From an uncultured virus (IMG/VR IMGVR_UViG_2928819513_000009) (Duplodnaviria; Heunggongvirae; Uroviricota; Caudoviricetes), in the IMG/VR virus record IMGVR_UViG_2928819513_000009, positions 1 through 64,000 of that record: a stretch of 64,000 nucleotides of DNA. The stretch is one strand, 5' to 3'. A program made the position numbers and the translations under genes. The notes beneath the pieces were generated by a model. The model was given only the letters and a program-made list of their open reading frames with translations. It was not told where the DNA came from and made no database searches. Shown piece after piece: positions 35,384 to 44,603 of this stretch (the first letter of the stretch is position 1; each line of letters begins with the position of its first letter).

Positions 35384-37540
35384 ATGTCGACACCGACCCA
35401 TGGGGCGGCGCCGGGCGGTGCCGTGCCCGCGCAGCAGCGCGGGACCAAGGAGAACCCGATCGAGAGCCGCGCCGCGAGCCTGCAGCCGAGCACGTTCGAT
35501 TCCGTCAACCGTACGGTGGATGTCGTCGCTTCCACCGGCGCCCGCGTCCGCCGGTACGATTGGTGGCGTGACGAATACTATGACGAGGTGCTGCTGGTCA
35601 GCCCCGACGCGGTCGACCTGACCCGCTTCGAGCAGGGGGCGGTGCCCGTGCTGAACTCCCATCAGCAGTGGGACCTGCGGAGCACGATCGGCACGACCCT
35701 GCCGGGCACCGCTCGATTCGAGGGCTCCGACCTCATCCTCACCGCCAAGATGTCCGCCCGGCAGGAGATCGCCGGCATCGTCCAGGATATCGCCGATGGG
35801 ATCACGCGAAACGTCAGCGTCGGCTACAAGATCCTGGCGTACGAGGTCGATGAAACCACCAATCCGAAGACCCGCACGATCACGAAGTGGGAGCTTCTGG
35901 AGCTGTCGTTCGTGCCGGTCGGAGCGGATGGTGGCGCCGGCACACGCGCGCTGCCCACCGAGCCGCCTGATCAACGCTCGGCCGATCTGCCGGCCGGCAC
36001 CAGTCCCAACACCCAGACCATCAACCTGACGATCGACACGGCCGGAATGTCGGCTGCGCTCGAACAGGCCGTTTCCCGCGCAGTCGCCGCGCACCCCACC
36101 CAACCGGTCAGCAACGGAGAACGCACCATGGCCGATACCAACACCCCGGCGCCCGGCGTCAGCACGGATGCCCCCCAGCCCGGCACCGAGAGCCGCGCCG
36201 TTTCCCCGGCGGCTCCGCCGGCTGTCAACTCGGCCGCCGAGATCGAGGCCACGCGTGCGGCCGAATCCGCGCGCATCCAGGGCATTCGTGACATCGCTGT
36301 CGTCCGCAGCTTCGGGGTTTCCAACGAGGTGCTGGACGAGGCGATCCGGAGCGGCATGTCCATCGACGCCTTCCGCACCAAGGTCATGGACAGCCTTGCC
36401 CAGCGCGAGCAGGCCGAGCAACCCGAGACCCGCAGCAACATCACCGTCCTGCAGGACGAAGGCCAGACCCGGGCCGACGCGGCAGTGCGTGCGCTTCTGA
36501 ACCGGTCCAATCCGAGCAAGTACAAGCTCGACGGCGCAGCGGTCGAGTACCGTGGCATCAAGCTGATCAACCTGGCGCGCGAGGTGCTGGAGTCCCACGG
36601 CACCAGGGTCCGTGGCATGGCGGACAAGGAGATCGCCATCCGGGCACTGCAGACCACCTCGGATTTCCCGCACATCCTCAGCGGCGTCGCCAACACCAGC
36701 CTCCGCGCCGGCTACCAGATGGCGCCGCGCACCTTCATGGCGTGGGCGCGCCAGACGATGGCGACGGACTTCAAGGACATGCATCAGGTCCAGTTCGGCG
36801 GCGGCGGCGTCCTGCCGAAGGTGGGCGAGCACGGCGAGTTCCAGCGCGGCAAGCTGTATGAGTCGAAGGAGTCGTTCCGCGTCGCGACCTATGGTGAGAT
36901 CGTCGCCATCACCCGACAGGTGATCGTCAACGACCAACTCGACGCTCTGACGCGCATCCCGCAGGAGCACGGCTTCCGAGCCGCTGTGACGGAGAATTCG
37001 GTCGTCTACGGCGTCCTGCTCGCCAACCCCGTCATGTCCGACGGCAAGGCGCTGTTCCACGCCGGGCACGGCAACCTCGCCGCCAGCGGCACTGCGCTGT
37101 CCCTCGCCAGCCTCAGCGCCGGTCGGAGCTCCATGCGGAAGGTCAAGGCGCTCGACGGCAAGACCATCATCAACGCGCAGCCCGCCATCCTGCTGGTGCC
37201 GGCGGCGCTGGAGACCAAAGCGGAACAGCTGATCGTGACCCGCAGCATGGTGGCGGCGACCGCGGGCGAGCAGATCCCCGAATTCTTCCGCAGCCTGGAG
37301 CCGGTGGTCGAGCCCCTGCTCGACGCGGACAGCCAGACCGCGCACTACCTGTTCACCGACCCGGCGTCGCCAACCGGCTCCATCACCTATGCCTATCTGG
37401 AAGGCGAAGAGGGCGTTTACACCGAGGAGCGGATCGGCTTCGACGTCGATGGCATGGAGATCAAGGTCCGCCATGATTTCGGTGCAGGGGTGATGGACTA
37501 CCGGGGCGTCTACAAGGATCCGGGGGCGGCGCCGGCCTGA
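35384..37540 (+). CDS. Prohead protease-major capsid fusion protein
   Basis: N-terminal HK97-type protease (LNSH, VSVGY, ELSFVPVGAD); C-terminal capsid (TTSDFP...E.GEF...VRHDFG). Confidence 0.92.
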   Translation: MSTPTHGAAPGGAVPAQQRGTKENPIESRAASLQPSTFDSVNRTVDVVASTGARVRRYDWWRDEYYDEVLLVSPDAVDLTRFEQGAVPVLNSHQQWDLRSTIGTTLPGTARFEGSDLILTAKMSARQEIAGIVQDIADGITRNVSVGYKILAYEVDETTNPKTRTITKWELLELSFVPVGADGGAGTRALPTEPPDQRSADLPAGTSPNTQTINLTIDTAGMSAALEQAVSRAVAAHPTQPVSNGERTMADTNTPAPGVSTDAPQPGTESRAVSPAAPPAVNSAAEIEATRAAESARIQGIRDIAVVRSFGVSNEVLDEAIRSGMSIDAFRTKVMDSLAQREQAEQPETRSNITVLQDEGQTRADAAVRALLNRSNPSKYKLDGAAVEYRGIKLINLAREVLESHGTRVRGMADKEIAIRALQTTSDFPHILSGVANTSLRAGYQMAPRTFMAWARQTMATDFKDMHQVQFGGGGVLPKVGEHGEFQRGKLYESKESFRVATYGEIVAITRQVIVNDQLDALTRIPQEHGFRAAVTENSVVYGVLLANPVMSDGKALFHAGHGNLAASGTALSLASLSAGRSSMRKVKALDGKTIINAQPAILLVPAALETKAEQLIVTRSMVAATAGEQIPEFFRSLEPVVEPLLDADSQTAHYLFTDPASPTGSITYAYLEGEEGVYTEERIGFDVDGMEIKVRHDFGAGVMDYRGVYKDPGAAPA

Positions 37541-37615
37541 TCGGCAGGGCTCGATTCGGACAGATAGAGGGCGGCCACGCAGCCGCCCTCGTGCATTTCA
37601 GAGAGGATTTCCGTC

Positions 37616-37948
37616 ATGCGTAACTTCATCATGCCCGGCAACGCGCTCTCGCTCATCGCTCCCTATCTCGTCAACTCCGGGGACGGCCTGCTCGTCGGCT
37701 CCATCTTCGGCGTCGCGGCTTGCGCCGCAGCCAGCGGGGCGGAGGTCCAGGTTTCCGTCACCGGTGTCTACGAGCTGCCGAAGGCGAGTGCGCAGGCCTG
37801 GGCTCTCGGCGCCAAGGTCTACTGGGACAACACCAACAAGCTCTGCACCACGGCGTCCAGCGGCAACACCCTGATCGGCGCCGCGACTGCGGTGGCGGCC
37901 AATCCGTCCTCCACCGGCATCGTCCGGCTGAACGGCGCGGTGTCCTGA
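37616..37948 (+). CDS. DUF2190 capsid decoration/cement protein
   Basis: MRNFIMPG...GSIFGVA...GVYELPK...KVYWD...VRLNG. Confidence 0.88.
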   Translation: MRNFIMPGNALSLIAPYLVNSGDGLLVGSIFGVAACAAASGAEVQVSVTGVYELPKASAQAWALGAKVYWDNTNKLCTTASSGNTLIGAATAVAANPSSTGIVRLNGAVS

Positions 37949-38532
37949 TGCTGTGGACGGTGCCGAGGATGTGGGGTGGCGAAACCGTCTTCATCCTCGG
38001 CGCCGGCCCCAGCCTGCGGAGTTTCGACCGATCCCTTCTTCTCGGCCGCCGGGTAATGGTCATCAATTACGCCGAGATATTCCCGGCCGCTGACTTCCTG
38101 ATCGCGACCGACGCGAACCCGGCCCTTCCATCCCTTCCAGGCCGTAGCGTGACCCTGTCGACCACGACTGACGGCCGCTGGCATCGCCTGTGGGACACGG
38201 GCCCGGACGGCATCGAGACTGAGTGTCCTTCCTGCGCACGGGGGCGCCGTACCTCCTTGCAACTTGCCCTCAACGTCGCTGTGCATCTCGGCTGCGCCAG
38301 GGCGATCCTGCTCGGTGCTGACATGGCGACGGCGGATGATGGGGCGACCCATTGGGATGGTCGGGCCGATCCACGCTATGCCGACGGCGCCATGGTGCGT
38401 GACGTCTATCTGCCTGCCCTTGCCAGCACCGTCGAACCGCTCGCGGCGATCGGGCTGGAGGTGATCAACGCCACGCCCGGCTCCATGCTGCCGTTCTGGC
38501 CCGTTGTGCCGATCGGCGACGTGATCGCTTGA
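37948..38532 (+). CDS. Maf/sialyltransferase-like (GT-fold) protein
   Basis: FILGAGPS, VIN, TSLQLALNVAVHLG, ILLGAD, HW, VINAT pattern. Confidence 0.6.
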   Translation: MLWTVPRMWGGETVFILGAGPSLRSFDRSLLLGRRVMVINYAEIFPAADFLIATDANPALPSLPGRSVTLSTTTDGRWHRLWDTGPDGIETECPSCARGRRTSLQLALNVAVHLGCARAILLGADMATADDGATHWDGRADPRYADGAMVRDVYLPALASTVEPLAAIGLEVINATPGSMLPFWPVVPIGDVIA

Positions 38533-38549
38533 CGGCACGCGCCGCAGCC

Positions 38550-38651
38550 ATGCCCAGCCAAGATCGCGCCTTCATGATTCTCTGGGGCCTTGCAGCTCTT
38601 CTGATGCTGCCCGTCATCCTCTCCATCCCTTCCATCCTTGCGCAGCTTTAG
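38550..38651 (+). CDS. 33-aa hydrophobic peptide
   Basis: MPSQDRAFMILWGLAALLMLPVILSIPSILAQL; stop overlaps next gene's RBS. Confidence 0.4.
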   Translation: MPSQDRAFMILWGLAALLMLPVILSIPSILAQL

Positions 38652-38659
38652 GAGATCGC

Positions 38660-40009
38660 ATGCCGATCAAGCCCCTTGCTGACGAATGGCTCCTGGAAGC
38701 CCTGCGCCTCCTGGACCTTCATGGAATCTCCCGAACGGCGGCGCCTCATGCCACCAAGCTCAATCTGCGAGGCGATGTCCTCGGCATCGGCGTGCCGAAG
38801 AGCACGTTCGAGGGGCGCATCAAGGAAGCCCGCCGACGCATCGAGGCTGGATCGCTCGCCTATCAGCGGGAGAAGCCGCGCGTTCGCGTGAAGGCCGCAA
38901 CGGAGAATGGCGCGATGCGTGATGGGTCGCCACCGGCAGAGGCGGTGACGGATCGGGAGCGTGTGCAGTTCCAGGACCGGATTCGTGATCTGGAGGCGAA
39001 GCTCCGGCAAGCCTACCGGGAGGATCTCGACACGGAGAAGGTCCGCACCTCAATCCTTGGACTGACCGCGGACACGCCCGAGCCGCCGGCATGGCTGGTG
39101 GATGAGCGCACCGGCGGCAGCGCGCCAGGCGTACCGGTCACCATCTGGTCCGACTGGCACTTTGGGGAAGTGGTCCGCGCTGTCGAGGTCGGGGGCGTCA
39201 ACGAGTTCAACATCGCCGTTGCGACGGAGCGGGTCCGGCGTCTGGTTGAGCGCACCATAGACCTGTGCTTCTCGCACATGGTTCGGCCGGAATACCCTGG
39301 CATCGTCGTCTGCCTGGGCGGCGACCTGATCTCCGGCGATATCCACGAGGAACTCGCCGTCTCCAACGAGTTGATGACGGCGCCGACACTGCTGGAATTG
39401 CAGGGCGTGCTGATCTGGGCCCTGACGCAGATGGCCGACCGGTTCGGTCGGGTCTTCGTCCCCTGCGTTGTCGGCAACCATGGCCGCATGACGCACAAGC
39501 CGCGAGCCAAGGGCCGTGTCCACACCTCCTTCGAATGGCTGCTCTACTGCCAACTGGAGCGGCACTTCCAAGGCGACAGCCGGATCCAGTTTCAGATCCC
39601 CGGCGAGGCCGACGCGCATTTCCGGGTCTACGGGCACCGTTACATGCTGACCCACGGCGACAGCCTGGGAGTGCGCGGTGGCGACGGAATCATCGGGCTG
39701 CTCGGGCCCGTCACCCGCGGGACCATCAAGCTGCGCAACAGCGAGGCGCAGATCGGCCGCGACTTCGACACTGTGGTGATGGGCCATTGGCACCAGTATC
39801 TGCCGATGTCGGGCTGCATCGTCAACGGCGCGCTTAAAGGATACGACGAATACGCCCGCCTGTTCCTGCGCGCCCGCTACCAGGAACCGATCCAGGCCCT
39901 GTGGTTCACCCACCCCACCCGTGGCGTCACTTTCCAGGTGCCCGTCTATCTCGACGAGACCCGCCGTGCCTCGTCGGAGGAATGGCTGGCCTGGAGGGCC
40001 TCGGCATGA
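38660..40009 (+). CDS. Calcineurin-like metallophosphoesterase with N-terminal extension/coiled coil
   Basis: SDWH, GDLISGDIH, GNHGR, THGD, GHWH motifs. Confidence 0.85.
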   Translation: MPIKPLADEWLLEALRLLDLHGISRTAAPHATKLNLRGDVLGIGVPKSTFEGRIKEARRRIEAGSLAYQREKPRVRVKAATENGAMRDGSPPAEAVTDRERVQFQDRIRDLEAKLRQAYREDLDTEKVRTSILGLTADTPEPPAWLVDERTGGSAPGVPVTIWSDWHFGEVVRAVEVGGVNEFNIAVATERVRRLVERTIDLCFSHMVRPEYPGIVVCLGGDLISGDIHEELAVSNELMTAPTLLELQGVLIWALTQMADRFGRVFVPCVVGNHGRMTHKPRAKGRVHTSFEWLLYCQLERHFQGDSRIQFQIPGEADAHFRVYGHRYMLTHGDSLGVRGGDGIIGLLGPVTRGTIKLRNSEAQIGRDFDTVVMGHWHQYLPMSGCIVNGALKGYDEYARLFLRARYQEPIQALWFTHPTRGVTFQVPVYLDETRRASSEEWLAWRASA

Positions 40010-40407
40010 GCTTCTGGTATTTGGCCACGCCGTACAGCCAGTTCGCGGGTGGAATCGCAGCGGCGTTTCGCGCCGCCTGCGATCAGGCTGCTGTTCTGGT
40101 GAAGGCCGGCATTCCAGTCTTCGCGCCGATCGTCCACACGCATCCTATCGCCATTCTCGGCGGGTTAGATCCGCGTGATCATGGCATCTGGTTGCCGGCC
40201 GACGCGCCGTTCATGGCCGCCGCGCGAGGCCTGATCGTCTGCAAGCTTCCCGGCTGGACGGAGAGCTTCGGCATCGCCGAGGAAATCAAGGCGTTCCAAG
40301 CGATGGTGAAGCCCATCGTCTACATGCAGCCCGGCGACGTGCCGGCACCGCTGCGGGTCGGGCCCGACATCCTGATCGAAACCACGCGCCCACTGGAGAT
40401 GCTCTGA
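40006..40407 (+). CDS. DUF1937 family (nucleoside deoxyribosyltransferase-like fold)
   Basis: YLATPYS, FAPIVHTH, WLPAD, GWTESFGIAEE. Confidence 0.85.
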   Translation: MSFWYLATPYSQFAGGIAAAFRAACDQAAVLVKAGIPVFAPIVHTHPIAILGGLDPRDHGIWLPADAPFMAAARGLIVCKLPGWTESFGIAEEIKAFQAMVKPIVYMQPGDVPAPLRVGPDILIETTRPLEML

Positions 40408-41006
40408 TGCGATCGTTGGTGCTTGGCCTGTCCGGTCTGGCCGGATCCGGCAAGTCGACCGTCGCCAATCGGCTGGTAGAGCGGTGGGGATTTCGTCGCG
40501 AGAAATTTTCCGGGCCCCTGAAGGACATGATGCGGGGGCTGGGACTGACGGAGCGCGAGATCGAGGGCGACCGAAAGGAACAGCCTTGCGACCTGCTGTG
40601 CGGCGCCACACCACGCTGGGCCATGCAGGCTCTGGGAACCGAGTGGGGCAGGGTGCAGATTCACCCGGATCTCTGGGTCTCAGCATGGGCCAAGCGGGCA
40701 GGGCAGGGGCTCGTCGTCGCCGACGACGTGCGCTTTGTGAACGAATGCTCCGCTGTGCGCGCCCTCGGCGGGTTCGTGATCCGCGTCGAGCGTCCAGGCA
40801 TTGTCAGCGGCGTGCATCTGTCCGAACAGGAAATGTCCCGGATCGGCCCGGACTGCACGTTCCAGAACGATGGTTCGATCGCTGACCTGATCGCTGCTAC
40901 CGATGCTCTCGCTGAAGCATTCCTCGCCCCGCCGCCTTCCGAGGTTGGGCGCTACGCAGAACTTGCAACGCAGCAACCGGCGCGGCCGGCAACGCTGGGG
41001 GATTGA
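40407..41006 (+). CDS. Deoxynucleoside monophosphate kinase
   Basis: GLAGSGKST, FSGPLK, PRWAMQALGTEWGR, DDVRFVNE, HLSE. Confidence 0.9.
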   Translation: MRSLVLGLSGLAGSGKSTVANRLVERWGFRREKFSGPLKDMMRGLGLTEREIEGDRKEQPCDLLCGATPRWAMQALGTEWGRVQIHPDLWVSAWAKRAGQGLVVADDVRFVNECSAVRALGGFVIRVERPGIVSGVHLSEQEMSRIGPDCTFQNDGSIADLIAATDALAEAFLAPPPSEVGRYAELATQQPARPATLGD

Positions 41007-41557
41007 CCGCCATGCACATTGCAGCCCGCATCTCGCTCGCGTTGACCGCGGTCTCCGGCGTGCTGGTGGCCGCCTCAGGCCGCGCCGAGCAAGCCGGTGG
41101 TGAGGTCGAGAAGATCGACACATTCCTGGCCGCTTTCGTCTATTTGATCCGGGCGATGCAGGCCGGCGGACCGTGGGTCTTGGCGCTCGGACTTCTCTGC
41201 ATTGGGGCGAACATCGCCTGGCTCATTTACTGGTCGCCGCAAATCGCCCGGCCAATCGGCGCGGCCATCTCCATGGCCAGGGGAGGGCGTTCGGAGCGTG
41301 AAGATCAACTGGAACAGGAGCTGGTGGAGGCGCGTCGGGAGATCTCCAACTTGCGCGGTCAGATGAAGATTCTGGAGGATCGGGATGAGGAGCTGCGTCG
41401 GGGAGTGGGGGCACTCGTCGAAGTTCTGGAGGGGCAGCTCAAGCGGTCGGGCATGGACACCGGCCTCCTCGACCTTGTTCGGCAGACGCTGATGCATGAT
41501 TCCGCCCCGCCGCGGCTGGATCCCGTGTCCGGCTCAGTTCAAGTTGCGCATCCGTAG
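41003..41557 (+). CDS. Membrane protein with coiled coil
   Basis: Hydrophobic segments followed by heptad pattern LEQELVEARREISNLRGQMKIL. Confidence 0.6.
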   Translation: MTAMHIAARISLALTAVSGVLVAASGRAEQAGGEVEKIDTFLAAFVYLIRAMQAGGPWVLALGLLCIGANIAWLIYWSPQIARPIGAAISMARGGRSEREDQLEQELVEARREISNLRGQMKILEDRDEELRRGVGALVEVLEGQLKRSGMDTGLLDLVRQTLMHDSAPPRLDPVSGSVQVAHP

Positions 41558-41699
41558 GCGCTATGCTAGGGTTGCTATGGTGCCGAGTAGTGCGGGTGCA
41601 CGTTACATGATGCCCTGAGCCCCTCAGCGACCTTCCAGTATCTGTCTCATAGGCGGCGCTCCGGATTCCGGCGCGCCGTTTTTGTTTGCGGGGGTCGCA

Positions 41700-42569
41700 A
41701 TGGACCTTAGCGCTCTGGCTGTCTCTATCGCATTGGGGTTCCAAGGGGTTCCGGCGACCTATGTGTCGCCATCCGGTGAGACGCGGCCGTGCTCCGTCAT
41801 GCAACACCAGGGCGACCTGCGGCACGAAACAGCCAATCGGCTGCGCTTCGGCAACGTGCTCGAACTCTGGCGGGAAGCCGTGTCGTTCGACGTGGCCGTA
41901 TCCGACCTGCCGAACCCGGCTCCGGGCGGCATCATCACGCTGGAAGGGGGCGCCAGCTACACCATCACCGGCTCCCCGGCGCGCCGGGATCCGCAGCGAC
42001 TGGTTTGGACCCTCGATTGCTCTTTCGGGATGCCGGTCGTGTTCCGGTCGGTGTCCGGAAACGGCGCGACCCAGAACCCGCCGCAGCACCAGGCTTTGCG
42101 CCTCGCCGCCGATGCGCCCTACGGCTCGAACTCGGTCAGCCTCAAGAGCTCGTATCTGGTTGGCCAGATCCGGCCCGGCGACGTCATGACAATCGGGGAG
42201 GGAGCGCATACCGTCACCAACATGGCGCAGGCTGGCGGCAATCAGATTTCGGCCCTCCAGATCACGCCTCCTTTGGTCGCCCAAGCCGCGTCTGATGATG
42301 TGGTCACCCCGACCTGGGCGCGGGATTTCAGGATCCATGCCGGCGTCTCCGGCTATGCCGCCGAAGAGATCGCCGGCACCGTGGTGGTCGGGGACATGCG
42401 CATCATCTTGATGAAGGATTTGCTGGTTGCCGCAGGCTTTACGGGCGATCCTGCGCCGACTGACCTCGTCATCCCCTTCGCCGCCCCATGGGCTGTGAAG
42501 AACGTGTCGAAGGTGATGCAGGGCAACTCGGTCCTGCTCTACGACATCCAGATCCGGGGCAATGGGTGA
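41700..42569 (+). CDS. Head closure/head-tail joining-like virion protein
   Basis: N-terminal FII-like beta pattern; position in the neck region. Confidence 0.55.
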   Translation: MDLSALAVSIALGFQGVPATYVSPSGETRPCSVMQHQGDLRHETANRLRFGNVLELWREAVSFDVAVSDLPNPAPGGIITLEGGASYTITGSPARRDPQRLVWTLDCSFGMPVVFRSVSGNGATQNPPQHQALRLAADAPYGSNSVSLKSSYLVGQIRPGDVMTIGEGAHTVTNMAQAGGNQISALQITPPLVAQAASDDVVTPTWARDFRIHAGVSGYAAEEIAGTVVVGDMRIILMKDLLVAAGFTGDPAPTDLVIPFAAPWAVKNVSKVMQGNSVLLYDIQIRGNG

Positions 42570-42976
42570 TGGACGCCATCAACGATGCGGCGGTGCGGGC
42601 TGCCATAGAGGGTGTGCTCTCCGCGGCGTCTGATCTCCCTCCTACAATCGGTGAGAACCTCCCTTTCAACCCGTCATCCGCAGGCTCGACCCTGCGGACG
42701 CGCCTCTTCCGTCACCCAAAGCGCCGATATGCCGGCTTTTCGTGCGTGGAAGGCTTTCTGCACATCGAGGTGTGGTGCCCAGCGGACTCGGGCCCCGAGC
42801 CGGCCGAATCCATCGCCTCAGGGATCGAAGCGCTCTTCACTCCCTTCGTCGAAACTGACGAGAAACTGTCCGGACTCGTCCATGTCCAGAACGCTGCCAT
42901 CCTGAACGGCGCCAAGGACGATACGGGCGCCTTCTGGGTTCTCCCGATCCAGGTCGACTGGTGGGTGGCGGTCTAG
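42569..42976 (+). CDS. Tail terminator-like protein
   Basis: ENLPFNP...GFLHIEVWCPADSG...PIQVDW; position. Confidence 0.55.
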   Translation: MDAINDAAVRAAIEGVLSAASDLPPTIGENLPFNPSSAGSTLRTRLFRHPKRRYAGFSCVEGFLHIEVWCPADSGPEPAESIASGIEALFTPFVETDEKLSGLVHVQNAAILNGAKDDTGAFWVLPIQVDWWVAV

Positions 42977-43055
42977 CGTCAGCACCTCCTTCCGTCTCCT
43001 TCTTCCCGCCGCCCGGCATCGTGTCGTGGCGGCTTTTTCATGTGGAGAAAGCCCC

Positions 43056-43403
43056 ATGGCTCACATCACCGCCCAGACCACCAGCGAGGCCGGCGCCGCG
43101 CTGACCTACAGCGCCGCGGGTTCCTCCGGCGACAGCTTCACCAACACCGGCAAGGAGCTGCTGCACATCAAGAACGGTGCCGGCTCGCCGGTGACGCTGA
43201 CCATCAAGTCGCGCAACGCCACCCCTTCGCCGGACGGCTTCGGCCCTGTGAGCAAACCGGACCGGACGGTGACCGTGCCGGCCGGTGGCGACCGCATCGT
43301 CGGTCCCTTCCCGCTGAAGGCCTTCAACGACAGCAATTCGCGCGTGTCGATGACCTACTCGTCGGCGACGAGCGTGTCGGCCGCGATCATCGCCCCCCGG
43401 TAA
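43056..43403 (+). CDS. Virion structural protein (beta-rich)
   Basis: GDSFTNTGKELLHIKNG...IVGPFP; GGAG RBS. Confidence 0.7.
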   Translation: MAHITAQTTSEAGAALTYSAAGSSGDSFTNTGKELLHIKNGAGSPVTLTIKSRNATPSPDGFGPVSKPDRTVTVPAGGDRIVGPFPLKAFNDSNSRVSMTYSSATSVSAAIIAPR

Positions 43404-43418
43404 AGGAGACCCGACACC

Positions 43419-43856
43419 ATGGCGACCACCATCGAGGCCAAATCCGGCCGGCAATTCACCTTCAAAATCAGCGACGGAGAAGCAATCCCGACGTTCCTGA
43501 CCATCGGCGGCTTGAAGGACTGCAAGGTGCAGATCAACGGCGCGTCGATCGACATCACCAACGTCGCGTCGGACGGCTGGAAGGAATACCTGCCGGGCGG
43601 CGGTTCGATGGAACTGTCGATCTCCGGCAACGGCATCTTCGACAGCCTGACCACCGGCGCCCGAAAGCTCTTCGCTGCGCTGATCAACCGCGAGTACATC
43701 GAGGCTCAGCTGATCTCGGGCCACGGCGATTCCTTCGTCGGCACCTTCGTGGTCGAGAACTACAGCCGCAACGGTTCCGTGGACGCCGCGGAAACCTTCG
43801 ACGTCTCGATCAAGTCGTCCGGCCCCATCTCCTATATCCCGGCGCCGACTCCATAA
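43419..43856 (+). CDS. Major tail tube protein (TP901-1/GTA type)
   Basis: IDITN..SDGWKEYL.GGG...SISGNGIF...TFDVSIKSSG. Confidence 0.88.
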   Translation: MATTIEAKSGRQFTFKISDGEAIPTFLTIGGLKDCKVQINGASIDITNVASDGWKEYLPGGGSMELSISGNGIFDSLTTGARKLFAALINREYIEAQLISGHGDSFVGTFVVENYSRNGSVDAAETFDVSIKSSGPISYIPAPTP

Positions 43857-43995
43857 CACCCCCATTCCTGACCCGGGCCAGGACCGCCGTCGGCGAAAGC
43901 CGACCACCCGCGCGAGGTGATGGCGGCGGAACGTCCGGGATGCGCTTCCGCCGCCTATCGCGCCCCAGTTTCGCCCCTGATCCCGAGGATCCATC

Positions 43996-44322
43996 ATGGC
44001 CCATCTCTATAACGGCGCGCCCAATGGCCGCCAAGCCGGCGAGATCCAGCCGAGCCGCTTCCGCCCGCAGTATCGCGCTCTGTCCGACGAGGAGAAGGCG
44101 CTCCACGACGCCATCAAGGGCAAGGCTTCCGAGCTTGAGGATCTGTTCGAACGCGCCCGTGCGCTTCGCACTCCGGTTCTGGAGCCGATCACCATCCAGC
44201 CCGGCGAGCCCATTGAGATGCTCATGGGCGCCACCCTGTCCTTCGACACCGACTACTTCGCCGAGGGCATGAAGGCGCTGGAGCTCTCGGTGATGTGGAC
44301 GGTCAAGGGCCTGACGGCCTGA
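43996..44322 (+). CDS. Acb2/Tad1-family cyclic-nucleotide sponge-like protein
   Basis: YRALSDEEKALHDAIKGKASELEDL...ALELSVMWTVKGLT helical-hairpin signature. Confidence 0.7.
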   Translation: MAHLYNGAPNGRQAGEIQPSRFRPQYRALSDEEKALHDAIKGKASELEDLFERARALRTPVLEPITIQPGEPIEMLMGATLSFDTDYFAEGMKALELSVMWTVKGLTA

Positions 44323-44327
44323 TCATC

Positions 44328-44543
44328 ATGCACGTCAAGCACACCGATCCCGGAGCTTACCGATTCCGCATCCTCGATGCGGAGACCGGTGAGCAGGTCA
44401 AGCACGCGCTCGAAGCTGACGATGCCGCCGGCTGGTACACCGCCCACAAGGTCGGCCCGGACGGACGCCTCATCCGTACGGCTGACGGCGACAGCTACGT
44501 GGTCGAGCGCATCGAGCGCGCCATCCGCATCGAGACGACCTGA
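44328..44543 (+). CDS. Hypothetical protein
   Basis: Typical codon usage. Confidence 0.6.
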   Translation: MHVKHTDPGAYRFRILDAETGEQVKHALEADDAAGWYTAHKVGPDGRLIRTADGDSYVVERIERAIRIETT

Positions 44544-44603
44544 GGGCTCATCCCTCCCGCGGGTCTCAGTCTGAACCATTCATTCCATCCCGGAGACACC
44601 ATC

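Noticed and set aside
35490..35510. GTTCGATTCC T-loop-like motif suggesting a tRNA
   Set aside because: Lies inside the capsid CDS with no cloverleaf; no tRNA found in the window
34625..37474. 949-aa minus-strand ORF
   Set aside because: Shadow of the portal and capsid genes
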